Source of the DNA: Planctomycetota bacterium
Lineage (GTDB): Bacteria > Planctomycetota > B15-G4 > JADJEK01
Assembly (NCBI GenBank): GCA_044225365.1
Contig: JBGAIQ010000001.1
Span: 374,465-438,464 of the forward strand
Direction: 5' to 3'
DNA: 64,000 bases
In this document: positions 19,879-30,833 of the stretch, piece by piece
Layout of the letters: every line of letters begins with the position of its first letter
Position numbering within the stretch: the stretch's first letter is position 1
Notes under the pieces: model-generated
What the model was told of the DNA's origin: nothing
Seen by the model: only the letters and a program-made list of their open reading frames with translations
Database searches by the model: none
Position numbers and translations under genes: made by a program

Positions 19879-22194
19879 TCATTTCCCCGTCGTGAACGAC
19901 CACGTGGTGCCGGGCCCGCCCTCGGGCGGGATGAAATGCGCAAAGTACTTGGTGTTCGGTTTCAGCCTCGACTTGGGGATGAGGCAATACGACTCCGCCG
20001 GCGCGAGGTCGGGGTTCGTGGGCTTCGACGGGGTCGACACGTGAGCCTCGACGAGAGGCCCTTTCTCGGTTCCGACGTGGAGGGCGAACGTCGCCTCCGT
20101 GACCCCGACCTTCTCTCGATCGGAGCGCTGGAACGTGATCGGATAGCCCCAGTTGCTCTCGTCCTCGCCAGGCACCGGATTCGGGATCTCGAGAGCGAAG
20201 GACAACGGCACGTCGCGCGCCTCGTCCTTGGGCCAATGGACCTCCCACGTGGAGTCACTGGGACTCGCGAGCGAACTCGCATCGAGTACCGCCATTCCGC
20301 CCTCGAGCGCGAAGCCGATCCGGACGATGTTCGGTTCGAGCAGGGGAAGGCGGTGATAGAAGGTCGCCATCCATCCGTCGATTGCATCCTTTGCGGAACG
20401 CGAACCGGGTGCGATGACGGAATGCAGTCCGGCGAACGAGCCTTCGACGGAGAATCCTGACTTGTCCGGGTACTCCTCGTGGGCATCGGGCCACTTCTCG
20501 GCTTGTTCTTTGTGCTGCAGCAGGTATTTCGCGTGCTTCAGGCAACCCGCCGACAGGTCGGCATCGAACCCCACCGCGATCGGCTCCTTGCGCTGCACGC
20601 CGCCGAGCGCGTCCTGACGGATCGAGTTCAGGTAATCGAGTGCTTCCTTCTGACCCTTCGCGAGTGGGGCGGCGGTCTGCGGTTCGAGACGGCCCACCAC
20701 GCCGAGCGGATCCGGCACGAGCCAATCGCGCCAATTCTGATCGAAGCGATCGAGCGGCATTCCGAGTTGCCGCTCGAAGAGCTCGCCGGGCGGTGTCTTC
20801 TCCTGGTCCTCACCATCGACGCCTTGGTCGTCGACTCGAGTCTTCGCGACGCCGCGCAGGATCGGAAGGAGATCACCCTGTTCGGTGAAGTATTCGACGA
20901 CGAGCGTCGCTTTCAGCGGCTCGTCGCCCTCGAGCTTGCCGGCTTGATCCTTGAGGCAGGATAGGAACGGCGGATCCGCGTGGTGCTGGACGCGCCACAT
21001 CATGTAATTCCGGCAGCCCTGGATGCCGCCCTTCGCCATGCGGAACAGCTCCTCGCGCAGTTGCCGCTCCGATTCCGACTCGGCGCGGGTGGTACCGTCG
21101 CCGCCGACGTTGACCTTGCCCCCTTCGAACCATGCGTAGCGCGGCGCGGCGGTGCCGAGGCAAGAGCGGCATAGCCAGTCGTGGAGGCCGGAGAACAGCA
21201 CGGCCTGTGTGTCGGCGATGGTCACGTCGGAATTGCGGTTGAGCGGCATCGAGGTCAACAAGTAGCCGAGGAGGGTTGCCTCCGCGTCGGCTTCAGCGAG
21301 GTCGAACTGCACCGTGGACCCATCGGTGAGGAAGAAGCCGTGGAGTTCCTTCGCGTGCGCCTTGTCCCGCGCCAGGACGCGATCGAACTTCAACGCGACG
21401 CTCAGCGCGGCGTCGTATTCGGAGCGATGCGCCACCCAATAGAAGGTCTGGTGGGGCATCTTCGGGATCTCGAGCGCCCCTCGGACGAGGAAGTTCGCGA
21501 CGGTGAGGGCTCGTGCAGTAGAGACGACGATGCGCTTCAGCTTGTTCGGATCGAACGTCGAGTACACGGTGATCGGCCCGATCCGGGCCACGCTCGCGGT
21601 GTCGCCGAGGTATTCCTTCGCCCTCTCGTCTTGCGTCGGCTCGAGCGTGACTTCGCGATCGAGCGGGAGAGCGCGAGACTTCGTCACCGCATCCGCGATC
21701 GCGATGCGTCGCTCCGCACGCTGCGCTTCGCCCGGCAATCGCCAGTTCGAACCGACTCGTTCACGCCCGAGCGTCTTCTGCGCGGATTCGACGGAAGGAT
21801 CGAGCGCGAGCACCATTCGCGCGAGGACGGCCTGAGTCTCTGGCTCCTCCGCGATCAGCGTCGCGAGGTCTTTCGCGAGGTCCCGTGTGGCGGCCGCTTC
21901 GCGCGGGAACTTGTCCTTCGGCTTCGCCTTCGACGCCTTCAGTTTCAGTGTCTCTGCGTTGCAGGCCTTCAGCAGTGCCTGACTGCGCTCGCTGCCGCCG
22001 CCCAGGTTCCGTAGCAGATCGACCATCTCGATCGCGAGATCGTCTCGCCCGGCCTTCGCGAAGTCCTTCGCGACCGATTCGATCTTCTTCAGCGTCTTGT
22101 CCGGAGCGGAGAACTTGGGTTCCTCGCCGCGCAGGGTCGCGGTTGCGAGGGCCAACACGGCGATCCGTACGCCGGTGTGGATCGCGCGAGTCAT
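19879..22194 (-). CDS. Secreted protein with C-terminal CAP (SCP-like) domain
   Basis: Signal peptide; YLNSIR..LSAGCLKHAKYL..HEE..AIDGWMATFYHRLPLL..RIGF CAP pattern, then an Ig-like tail ending WSFTTGK. Confidence 0.82.
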   Translation of the reverse strand: MTRAIHTGVRIAVLALATATLRGEEPKFSAPDKTLKKIESVAKDFAKAGRDDLAIEMVDLLRNLGGGSERSQALLKACNAETLKLKASKAKPKDKFPREAAATRDLAKDLATLIAEEPETQAVLARMVLALDPSVESAQKTLGRERVGSNWRLPGEAQRAERRIAIADAVTKSRALPLDREVTLEPTQDERAKEYLGDTASVARIGPITVYSTFDPNKLKRIVVSTARALTVANFLVRGALEIPKMPHQTFYWVAHRSEYDAALSVALKFDRVLARDKAHAKELHGFFLTDGSTVQFDLAEADAEATLLGYLLTSMPLNRNSDVTIADTQAVLFSGLHDWLCRSCLGTAAPRYAWFEGGKVNVGGDGTTRAESESERQLREELFRMAKGGIQGCRNYMMWRVQHHADPPFLSCLKDQAGKLEGDEPLKATLVVEYFTEQGDLLPILRGVAKTRVDDQGVDGEDQEKTPPGELFERQLGMPLDRFDQNWRDWLVPDPLGVVGRLEPQTAAPLAKGQKEALDYLNSIRQDALGGVQRKEPIAVGFDADLSAGCLKHAKYLLQHKEQAEKWPDAHEEYPDKSGFSVEGSFAGLHSVIAPGSRSAKDAIDGWMATFYHRLPLLEPNIVRIGFALEGGMAVLDASSLASPSDSTWEVHWPKDEARDVPLSFALEIPNPVPGEDESNWGYPITFQRSDREKVGVTEATFALHVGTEKGPLVEAHVSTPSKPTNPDLAPAESYCLIPKSRLKPNTKYFAHFIPPEGGPGTTWSFTTGK

Positions 22195-22427
22195 TCGTGC
22201 CTGGGGGCTGTCGGATCCCATCCGCGTCGTCTCCTCGTCGTACTCATACCCGAGGCGGGGATGGTAGCAGATCCTTCACACGAGGCGCTCGCACTCGCGG
22301 CCCGTCGTACCGTAGAATCCCGCGCCCTCTGCGTTGTTACAGTGCAGGGTGATCGGCGGTATCTTGGCCGCCGGGTGCACGAAACCCCTTTCCTCACCGA
22401 TCCGACCGAAGACTCTCCCGGAGCGCA

Positions 22428-24077
22428 ATGACCCGCAAGCTGCTCGGACAGATCCTGATCGAGATGGGCGCCGCCGACGAGGCCGCCATCAACAAGGCGC
22501 TCCAGTTCCAGAAGTCGAAGCGGATCCGGATCGGCGAGGCCCTGATCCAGCTCGGTTCGGTTCGCGAGGAACAGGTGTATCGCGCCCTCGCGACGCAGGC
22601 GGGCCTGCCGTTCGTCGACCTGACGAAGGGCAAGATCGCGGATCCGATCGTGAAGCTGATCTCGCGTGAGGTCGCGGAGCAGCATCGCGTCGTTCCGCTC
22701 CTCGAGAAGAACGGCAAGCTCATCGTCGCGGTCGATGATCCGCTGCGCGTCTTCGAGCTCGATCAATTGTCGTTCGTGATCAATCGCGAGATCGGTGCGG
22801 CGATCGCGGCGCCGACGGCGCTGCGCGCAAAGATCCGCGAGTGCTACGGCGTCGGCATCGAGGACAAGGCCGTCGCGGCGTCCACCTCCGCGAGCGACGA
22901 CGACGCCGATGCTCCGATCATCCGCATGGTGCAGAAGCTGATCGAAACTGCGCTCGAGGAGCGAGCCTCCGACATCCACGTCGAGCCGTTCACCGATCGC
23001 ATCCGCGTGCGGTATCGCGTCGACGGCGTGCTCATCGAGCGCGCGACGCACCCGATGCACCTCCATGCGTCGCTCCTCTCGCGCCTCAAGATCATGGCGG
23101 GGATGGACATCTCGGAGAAGCGCAAGCCGCAGGACGGACGCATCAGCGCGCAGGTGAAGGGCCGCGATCTCGACGTTCGTGCCTCGATCCTTCCGGGCAG
23201 CCACGGCGAGACGATGGTGATGCGTCTCCTCGACAAGGAGCGCGGGCTCGTTTCGCTCGAGGAGCTCGGATTCGATCCGCAGGACTACCAGCGATTCCGC
23301 CAGATCATCAAGCGACCGAACGGCATCTTCCTCGTCACCGGTCCTACGGGATCCGGCAAGACGACGTCGCTCTACGCCGCGCTGCGCGAGCTCAACCGAC
23401 CCGACGTGAAGATCATCACGGCGGAGGACCCGGTCGAGTATCAGTTGAAGGGCGTGAACCAGGTGCAGGTGAAGCACCAGATCGGTCTCGACTTCGCCCG
23501 CATCCTCCGCGCGATGCTGCGCCAGGCGCCGAACATCATCCTCGTCGGTGAGATCCGCGACAAGGAGACGGCGGAGATCGCGGTGCAGGCCGCGCTCACG
23601 GGTCACCTCGTGTTCTCGACGCTGCACACGAACGATGCTCCGTCGGCGCTCACGCGACTCATCGACATGGGCGTGAAGCCCTTCCTCGTCGCCGCCTCGA
23701 TCCAGGCCGTGATGGCGCAGCGGCTCATCCGCATGCTGTGCCCCAAGTGCAAGAAGCCGTACGAGCCGGAGGACAGCGAACTGCGCGCCCTCGGCATCTC
23801 GCGCGAGCGGCTCGCTGGTCGCACGCTCTACCAGCCCGACGGTTGCCCGTCCTGCGACATGACCGGGTTCTACGGCCGCAAGGGCGTCTTCGAGCTGATG
23901 GAGATGGACACCGGTCTGCGCGACGTCGTCTTCAAGAGCGGCTCGGCGAGCCAGCTCCGCGAGCGTGCGCGCGCATCGGGCAAGATGACGACGCTCCTCG
24001 ACGACGGCGTACGCAAGGTGCTCGGTGGTCTCACGACCATCCAGGAGATCCTGCGCATCGCGCACGCAGCGGAGTGA
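22428..24077 (+). CDS. pilB: Type IV pilus/T2SS assembly ATPase (PilB/GspE)
   Basis: N-terminal RKLLGQIL and RIGEAL (MshEN-like), ASDIHVEP, GPTGSGKTT, LRQAPNIILVGEIRD, TGHLVFSTLHTND, CxxC...CxxC. Confidence 0.93.
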   Translation: MTRKLLGQILIEMGAADEAAINKALQFQKSKRIRIGEALIQLGSVREEQVYRALATQAGLPFVDLTKGKIADPIVKLISREVAEQHRVVPLLEKNGKLIVAVDDPLRVFELDQLSFVINREIGAAIAAPTALRAKIRECYGVGIEDKAVAASTSASDDDADAPIIRMVQKLIETALEERASDIHVEPFTDRIRVRYRVDGVLIERATHPMHLHASLLSRLKIMAGMDISEKRKPQDGRISAQVKGRDLDVRASILPGSHGETMVMRLLDKERGLVSLEELGFDPQDYQRFRQIIKRPNGIFLVTGPTGSGKTTSLYAALRELNRPDVKIITAEDPVEYQLKGVNQVQVKHQIGLDFARILRAMLRQAPNIILVGEIRDKETAEIAVQAALTGHLVFSTLHTNDAPSALTRLIDMGVKPFLVAASIQAVMAQRLIRMLCPKCKKPYEPEDSELRALGISRERLAGRTLYQPDGCPSCDMTGFYGRKGVFELMEMDTGLRDVVFKSGSASQLRERARASGKMTTLLDDGVRKVLGGLTTIQEILRIAHAAE

Positions 24078-24138
24078 AGCGCGAAGGTCGACTCGTTTCC
24101 GTCCCCAGGGTCCAAGAAGCACGAAGAACCGCGAACCG

Positions 24139-25239
24139 ATGAAGCTCGAACTCGCCAAGCTCCTCGACACGATCATCGAGACTGGAGGCTCGGACCTCCA
24201 CCTCACGGTGGGCCGCCCGCCGGTGATCCGACTCCACGGCCGCCTGCGATCGCTCAACCTCCCCGATCTCACGGAGGACCACACACGGGAGCTCGTCGGT
24301 GAGATGGCCCCGAAGGAGTGCCTCGACGAACTCGAGCGCGTCGGCACTTCCGACTTCGCGATCGCGCACGGCGACAAGGCGCGCTTCCGCGTCTCGATCT
24401 TCAAGCAGAAGCACATGTGGGGCGCCGCGCTGCGCCTCATCCCGAACAAGCTGCTCACGATGGAGCAGATCGGGCTGCCCGAGAGTGTGAAGCAACTCCT
24501 CAACCGTCCGCGCGGCCTCGTGCTGGTGACCGGTCCGACGGGCTCCGGAAAGACGACGACGCTGGCCTCGATGATCGATTGGATCAACGAGAACCAGGAC
24601 ATGCACATCATCACGATCGAGGATCCGATCGAGTACTACCACCATCACAAGAAGTCGGTGATCATGCAGCGCGAGGTCGGTCACGACGTGACGACCTTCT
24701 CCGAGGCATTGCGGCGTGCCCTGCGTCAGGATCCCGACGTGATCCTGATGGGCGAAATGCGCGACACCGAGACGATCGGCACCGCGATCACCGCGGCGGA
24801 GACCGGGCACCTCGTGTTCGGCACCTTGCACACCACGGGATCGGCGCGCACGGTCGACCGCATCATCGACTCGTTCCCGCACGAGCAGCAGGAGCAGATC
24901 CGCGCCCAGCTCTCCGTGTCGCTGGTCGCCGTCGTGTCGCAGGTGCTGATGCCGCGCGCGTCGGGCAAGGGTCGCATCGCAGGCTTCGAGGTGCTGATCA
25001 GCACGTCCGCCGTCGAGAACCACATCCGCAAGAACGAGACCTTCAAGATCGCGTCGGTGATCCAGACTTCGCGCAAGCTCGGCATGATGCGCCTCGACGA
25101 TCACCTGCTCGACATCTACCGCGCGGGCGACATCACGAAGGAAACGATGTACGAGTACGCGATGAGCCCCTCGGAACTCGCCTCGAAACTCGGCGAGCAG
25201 GTGCCGGGCGTGACGGGCGCGGCGGGAGCGGAGGGATGA
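24139..25239 (+). CDS. pilT: Type IV pilus retraction ATPase PilT
   Basis: GSDLHL, GPTGSGKTTTLA, ITIEDPIEY, ALRQDPDVILMGEMRD, AETGHLVFGTLHT. Confidence 0.95.
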   Translation: MKLELAKLLDTIIETGGSDLHLTVGRPPVIRLHGRLRSLNLPDLTEDHTRELVGEMAPKECLDELERVGTSDFAIAHGDKARFRVSIFKQKHMWGAALRLIPNKLLTMEQIGLPESVKQLLNRPRGLVLVTGPTGSGKTTTLASMIDWINENQDMHIITIEDPIEYYHHHKKSVIMQREVGHDVTTFSEALRRALRQDPDVILMGEMRDTETIGTAITAAETGHLVFGTLHTTGSARTVDRIIDSFPHEQQEQIRAQLSVSLVAVVSQVLMPRASGKGRIAGFEVLISTSAVENHIRKNETFKIASVIQTSRKLGMMRLDDHLLDIYRAGDITKETMYEYAMSPSELASKLGEQVPGVTGAAGAEG

Positions 25240-25297
25240 GTAGCGCTAGGACGATGGCGGCGGATTCGCGGTCGACGGGACAACTCGCGGTGCTGCC

Positions 25298-27001
25298 ATG
25301 ACCGCTCGGAAGTTGCTCGGCCAGATCCTCAAGGAGATGAAGAAGATCCACGAGGGCCAGGTCCAGGAGGCACTCGGGATCCAACGCAAGCAGGGCGGCG
25401 CGATCGGCGAGATCCTCGTGACGATGGGCGCGATCACGCGGCCCGATCTCTCCCGCGCGCTCGGCATGCAGGCCGGCATGGAGGTCGTCGACCTCGACAA
25501 GATCGAGATCGACAAGGCCGCGGTCGCGAAGATCGATGCCACGACGGCGAATCTGCTGCGCGTCATGCCCTTCAAGCTCGAGCCCGGCCGCCTCACCGTC
25601 GCGATCGCAGACCCGCTGAACGCGAGCTGCCTCGACGAATTGCGCTTCCTTGCCAACTGCGAGGTGAAGGGCGCGATCGCGGACGACAACGCGATCCAGC
25701 GCGCGCTTGCCCGGCACTACGACGCGGAGTCTCTGAAGAAGCCGCAAGCCAACATGAAGGGCGCGGTCGAGGAGCTCAAGAAAGCAGCGCAATCGGGCAA
25801 TCTCGATCTCGAGGACAAGGCCGCGATGGCGCATGCCGCGCCCGTCGTAAAGCTGCTGAACTACATCCTGTATCAGGCGATCAAGGACCGCGCGTCGGAC
25901 ATCCACCTCGAGCCGTTCGAGGACGAATTCAAGGTGCGCTACCGTGTCGACGGTGTGCTGTACGAGATGGAGCCGCCGCCCGTCGCGCTCGCGATCCCGC
26001 TGGTGACGCGCGTGAAGGTCATGGCGAACCTCGACATCGCCGAGACGCGCATCCCGCAGGACGGACGCATCGAGCTCGCGATCGGCGGGCGACCGGTCGA
26101 CCTCCGCGTGTCGACCCTGCCCACCGCGTTCGGCGAGAGCTGCGTCATGCGCGTGCTCGATCGCAGCGTCGTCGCGCTCGACATCGAGAACGTGGGCCTG
26201 CGTTCCGAGGAACTCGCGACCGTGCGAAAGCTGTCGGCACTTCCGAACGGGATCGTGCTCGTCACCGGGCCGACCGGCTCCGGCAAGACGACGACGCTCT
26301 ACTCCGTGCTGCAGGACATCAACACGCCGGACCAGAAGATCATCACGACGGAAGACCCCGTCGAGTACGACCTCGACGGCATCATCCAGATCCCGATCAA
26401 CGAAGAACTCGGCGTCACCTACGCTCGCGTGCTGCGAACGATCCTGCGCCAGGACCCCGACGTGATCCTGGTCGGCGAGATCCGCGACCGCGAAACGGCG
26501 CAGATCGCGGTCGAAGCCGCGCTCACCGGTCACCTCGTGTTCTCCACGCTGCACACCAACGACGCTCCGTCCGCTGTGATGCGTCTCGTCGACATCGGGG
26601 TCGAGCCGTTCTTGATCGGCGCCACGCTCGAGGCGGTCGTCGCTCAGCGGCTCGTGCGCCGCATCTGCAAGAACTGCCGCACGCGCTACTCACCGGATCC
26701 CGAGCTGCTCCACGAGCTCGAGCTCGATCCCAAGGAGATCGCGGACAAGCAGTTCGCCTACGGCAAGGGTTGCGAGAATTGCAACTTCTCCGGATTCAAG
26801 GGACGCCTCGCGATCTACGAGATCATGATCGCGACCGAGCGGATCAAGCGTGCGGTGCTCGATCGGGCTTCGGCGAACGAATTGCGCCAGCTCGCGATCG
26901 AAGAAGGCATGCGGCCATTGCGCCAGGCCGGTTTGCTTGCGATCTTCGACGGTCACACCACCGTCGAGGAGATCCTGCGCGAGACGATTGTCGAGAAGTG
27001 A
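25298..27001 (+). CDS. pilB: Second type IV pilus/T2SS assembly ATPase (PilB/GspE)
   Basis: RKLLGQIL, ASDIHLEP, GPTGSGKTTTLY, LRQDPDVILVGEIRD, CKNC...CENC. Confidence 0.93.
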   Translation: MTARKLLGQILKEMKKIHEGQVQEALGIQRKQGGAIGEILVTMGAITRPDLSRALGMQAGMEVVDLDKIEIDKAAVAKIDATTANLLRVMPFKLEPGRLTVAIADPLNASCLDELRFLANCEVKGAIADDNAIQRALARHYDAESLKKPQANMKGAVEELKKAAQSGNLDLEDKAAMAHAAPVVKLLNYILYQAIKDRASDIHLEPFEDEFKVRYRVDGVLYEMEPPPVALAIPLVTRVKVMANLDIAETRIPQDGRIELAIGGRPVDLRVSTLPTAFGESCVMRVLDRSVVALDIENVGLRSEELATVRKLSALPNGIVLVTGPTGSGKTTTLYSVLQDINTPDQKIITTEDPVEYDLDGIIQIPINEELGVTYARVLRTILRQDPDVILVGEIRDRETAQIAVEAALTGHLVFSTLHTNDAPSAVMRLVDIGVEPFLIGATLEAVVAQRLVRRICKNCRTRYSPDPELLHELELDPKEIADKQFAYGKGCENCNFSGFKGRLAIYEIMIATERIKRAVLDRASANELRQLAIEEGMRPLRQAGLLAIFDGHTTVEEILRETIVEK

Positions 27002-27013
27002 CGGAGATCGAAG

Positions 27014-28168
27014 ATGCCCGCCAAGATCGAACGCAAGCGAAGCGCCAGCGAGACGTCCGCGAGTAGCGGGGGCGGCAGTGCGCCGGCCGCGCAGAACACG
27101 TCGAAACGGATGTTCTTCGGCTCGCGCGTCTCCGCGAAGAAGCTGGCCCAGTTCACGTCGCAGCTCTCGATCCTGCAATCCGCGGGCATCCCGATCGTGA
27201 AGAGCCTGCGCATCTGCGAGAACCAGTTGAAGCCCGGCCCTCTGAAGGCCGTGGTGGGGCAGGTCGCCGACGACGTCGAAGGCGGCGCGACGCTCTCCGA
27301 AGCGCTCGGCAAGCACGACGGAATCTTCGACCGGCTGTTCGTGAACATGGTGCGCGCCGGTGAGAAGGGCGGCATCCTCGACCAGATCCTCCTGCGACTC
27401 GCCGACTTCGCCGAGAAGAGCGAGCGCATCAAGGGACGCATCAAGGAAGCGCTGACCTATCCGATCGTCGTCATCTTCTTCGCGCTCGGCGTCGTTTCGT
27501 TCATCATGGTCGTGATCGTCCCCAAGTTCGAGCAGATCTTCAAACAGTTCAAGAAGGACCTGCCGGGGATCACCGAGCTGCTCATCCAGATATCGCGGAC
27601 GATCTCGACGTACTGGTACCTCGTCATCGGTGTGCCGGTCGGACTCTTCGTCCTCTACAAGCTCGCGCTGCAGAACGCGAAGTTCCGGTTCTTCGTCGAC
27701 GGGCTGCGACTGAAAGCGCCGATCGCCGGCGTGCTCATCGAGAAGACCGTGATCGCGCGATTCTCGCGCACGCTCGGCACCTTGCTCGGTGCTGGCGTCC
27801 CGATCCTCGAGGCGCTCGAGATCGTCGAAGCGTCGATCGAGAACACCGTGATCGCGAAGGCGATCGCCGACGTCCGCTCCGCGGTGCGCGAGGGCGATCC
27901 GATGGCTTCTCCATTGCAGCAGGCCGGCGTCTTCGACGACCTCGTCGTCAACATGATCGCCGTCGGCGAGCAGACCGGCGCGCTCGACAAGATGCTCGTC
28001 AAGATCGCCGAGGTCTACGAGGGCGAGGTCGAAGTCCAGGTCGGCACGCTTTTCAAGCTGCTCGAACCCTTGCTGCTCATCTTCCTCGCGGTGATCGTCG
28101 GCTTCATCGTCGTCGCACTCTTCCTGCCGATCCTCAAGGTCATGGAATCGCTGCAAGGTCAGCGCTGA
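27014..28168 (+). CDS. pilC: Type IV pilus/T2SS inner-membrane platform protein (PilC/GspF)
   Basis: FTSQLSILQSAGIP, NMVRAGEKGG, LTYP, FSRTLGTLLGAGVPIL, VGEQTGALD, LLEP, ALFLP. Confidence 0.95.
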   Translation: MPAKIERKRSASETSASSGGGSAPAAQNTSKRMFFGSRVSAKKLAQFTSQLSILQSAGIPIVKSLRICENQLKPGPLKAVVGQVADDVEGGATLSEALGKHDGIFDRLFVNMVRAGEKGGILDQILLRLADFAEKSERIKGRIKEALTYPIVVIFFALGVVSFIMVVIVPKFEQIFKQFKKDLPGITELLIQISRTISTYWYLVIGVPVGLFVLYKLALQNAKFRFFVDGLRLKAPIAGVLIEKTVIARFSRTLGTLLGAGVPILEALEIVEASIENTVIAKAIADVRSAVREGDPMASPLQQAGVFDDLVVNMIAVGEQTGALDKMLVKIAEVYEGEVEVQVGTLFKLLEPLLLIFLAVIVGFIVVALFLPILKVMESLQGQR

Positions 28169-28172
28169 TGAG

Positions 28173-29987
28173 ATGACGTCGCTCCGCGCGCGGCTCCTGT
28201 TCGGGATCGTCGCCGCCAACGTGACGGCGCTCTCGGCGCTCGCACTCGTCGTCGTTCGCGACATCGATCGGCGAGCCGAAGTGGAAGCGCAGCGACGGCA
28301 GTCGTATCGCGATCAAATCGTCGAGCGCGCGACCCGCGAGTTCGAGACGATCCTCGGTGAGCTCGATTTCACCGAGCTCGATTCGACGCGCGGCGACAGC
28401 ACGAGTTTCTTCAAGGACGTGCTCGAGCGGTCGCACTGGTCGCTGGTTCGCGACGCGTTCATCGTGAGCGCGCCGAAGTACGTCGACGAGTATCCGATTC
28501 GCAGCAAGATCGAACTCAATCCGCTCGGCGCGCCCGACGAGGAGTCCGAGCTGTTGCGAGAGAACGCCCGGCGCGACATGGCCTTGGTCTACAAGGACGA
28601 GAAGCACATCACGCGCAACGACGTGGTGGTGGTTCCGCTCTATGCCGGCAGCGATCGCTCGAATCTCCGCAATCTCCGCAGCGCGGCCTTCGACGTCGCG
28701 AACAGTGCGGGACGGCTGGTGTCGGCGCGTTCGAACATCGTCGCGTCGCGGCGGCCGACGATGCGTTCACCGGCCTATCAGCGGTGGCTCACTCGCGCTT
28801 TCTGGCTCGCGCCGGAATGGAAGAGCTTCGCCTCGGCGAGCGACGAGGCGCTCGACCCGCGCGACTGGAACGAACTGCGTTTCGAGGCGCGTCGGTTGCA
28901 GGACGAGCTCGAACAGGGCGAGCGGCAAAGGAAGCCGTGGGGCGCCGCGTACATCCGCGTCGACGTTCCCAAGCTGCCCGAACCGGGTTCGAGCATCGAC
29001 GTCTCGGTCATCGCCCTCGCGCTCGGCGGCGCGACGTTGCTCGCGATCGCGTCGCTCTGGCTCCTGCTGCGGCGTCTCGTCCTCGAGCCACTCTCACGCG
29101 TGTCCGCCGCCGCGGTCACCGTCGCGTCCGGCGCGCTCGAAACGCGTCTCGCTCCCACGGGTGACACGCCGGAGATCGATGCGCTCATCGCCAACTTCAA
29201 CCAAATGACGGCGGAACTCGCCGAGTCGCGCGGCGCGCTCGAACGGCGCGTCGACGAGGCGCTCGGCAAGCTGCGCGACAGCGAGAAGCGGCTCGTGCTC
29301 AACGAGCGACTCGCTGCGATGGGCACGCTCGCGGCCGGCATCGCGCACGAGATCAACAATCCGCTCGGCGGAACCCTGAACGCGCTGGCGACGCTGAAGC
29401 GTCGCATGACGAAGGTGCGCGAACAGGAAGCCGACCCGGCGACGGTGCGCTACCTCGAGTTGATCGAGGGCGGACTCGGGCGCATGCGAGACGTCGTCGA
29501 ACGCGTGCTGCGATTCTCGAGGACGAGGCGTGCGATCACGCCGCTCGCGCGAATCCTCGACGACTCGGTGTGGTTCGTTCGGCATCGCGTGCGCGAGATG
29601 CAGGCGACGCTCCACGTCGAGGTCGCCGAAGACCTCGCCGTCGACGGTGATCGTGCGGCACTCGGGCAGGTGTTCTTGAATCTGCTCGTCAACGCGCTCG
29701 ACTCACTCACGGGCGAGGTGCGCGACGTCAAGGTGGAGGGGTTCGCCGAGGGTGCGCTCGCGATCGTGCGGGTGACCGACACCGGCTGTGGAATGAGTGC
29801 CGAGCAGAGCGCGCGGGCGTTCGAGTACTTCTACACGACGAAGGTGACGGGGACGGGACTCGGGCTCTCGATCGCCCACCAGATCATCGCCGAGCATGGG
29901 GGAACGATCCACCTGACGAGTGTTCCGGGGCAGGGAACGCGGTTCGAAGTCCGACTCCCGCTGGCCGGCCGCAACGCCGCCCCGTGA
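28173..29987 (+). CDS. Membrane sensor histidine kinase (HAMP-HisKA-HATPase)
   Basis: Two TM segments, HAMP, AAGIAHEINNPL, QVFLNLLVNA, DTGCGM, YTTK, GTGLGLSI. Confidence 0.93.
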   Translation: MTSLRARLLFGIVAANVTALSALALVVVRDIDRRAEVEAQRRQSYRDQIVERATREFETILGELDFTELDSTRGDSTSFFKDVLERSHWSLVRDAFIVSAPKYVDEYPIRSKIELNPLGAPDEESELLRENARRDMALVYKDEKHITRNDVVVVPLYAGSDRSNLRNLRSAAFDVANSAGRLVSARSNIVASRRPTMRSPAYQRWLTRAFWLAPEWKSFASASDEALDPRDWNELRFEARRLQDELEQGERQRKPWGAAYIRVDVPKLPEPGSSIDVSVIALALGGATLLAIASLWLLLRRLVLEPLSRVSAAAVTVASGALETRLAPTGDTPEIDALIANFNQMTAELAESRGALERRVDEALGKLRDSEKRLVLNERLAAMGTLAAGIAHEINNPLGGTLNALATLKRRMTKVREQEADPATVRYLELIEGGLGRMRDVVERVLRFSRTRRAITPLARILDDSVWFVRHRVREMQATLHVEVAEDLAVDGDRAALGQVFLNLLVNALDSLTGEVRDVKVEGFAEGALAIVRVTDTGCGMSAEQSARAFEYFYTTKVTGTGLGLSIAHQIIAEHGGTIHLTSVPGQGTRFEVRLPLAGRNAAP

Positions 29988-30271
29988 GATCGGCATCCGG
30001 GCGGATGGGACGGGCCCGAGGGGCCGGCGGGCCATAGAACTCCCTTCCTTTTTCTCGCCATTCTCGGGGCTTACGGTTCTTGCACTCGTCGTGCTGGGAA
30101 AGTATCGTTCCGCTGTTCCCCTGCGGTGCCGGTTCGCTGTCACCGTCGTGGAACTCGCAACTAGATAGGGCGTTCGTGGCGACGCGAGCGTCGCGAGAGT
30201 CTCGAAATCCGGTTGCGACGCGATCCGTTTGCTTCGAGTTCGAAATCCCTGTCCAGGATCCCCCTCGACTC

Positions 30272-30697
30272 ATGTCGGCCCTTCGCGACCACTTCTGTGT
30301 CGGCATTGCGTGCGTGGCGATCACTGCATTCGCAGTGGATCGTCTCGAGCGTGCGTCGCCCGTGAGTGCCGCCGAGCCGACGCCCGCCGGTTCGCAGTTC
30401 CTGCTCGAGAGCGGCACCGGCAAGTTCGGCGGTCCGCTCCTGTTCGTGCTCGACACGAAGAGCAAGGTCCTGAGCGCGTACGAAGCCGAGGGCGGGACCC
30501 CTGCGACTCGCGGACTCACCTGGATCGGTGCGCGCAAGATCGAATGGGACATCAACACGACGTCGTACAACGACAAGTCGGAAGAGTCCTACAGTTCGAT
30601 GAAGCAGCGCTTCGAGCAGGAGCAGGCGAGACGGATCACGGGCGCGGCCGACGACGGATCGGGTTCGCCCGCCGTGCCGGCGAAGGACAAGCACTAG
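30272..30697 (+). CDS. Hypothetical exported protein
   Basis: Hydrophobic N-terminus (CVGIACVAITAFAV) and a GC3-rich body (LFVLDTKSKVLSAYE..LTWIGARKIEWD). Start uncertain. Confidence 0.7.
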   Translation: MSALRDHFCVGIACVAITAFAVDRLERASPVSAAEPTPAGSQFLLESGTGKFGGPLLFVLDTKSKVLSAYEAEGGTPATRGLTWIGARKIEWDINTTSYNDKSEESYSSMKQRFEQEQARRITGAADDGSGSPAVPAKDKH

Positions 30698-30833
30698 AAC
30701 ACGGATTCGGGAGCGCGTACGGCGGCGGGCCGGGCGAGTCCGAGTCGATGGACGACTGACGTAATCGGATCGAACGCGATCGCGCATGGCGCGAAGCGGG
30801 TCGATCGAAGCGAAGGCCCTACGGAGGCAGATC

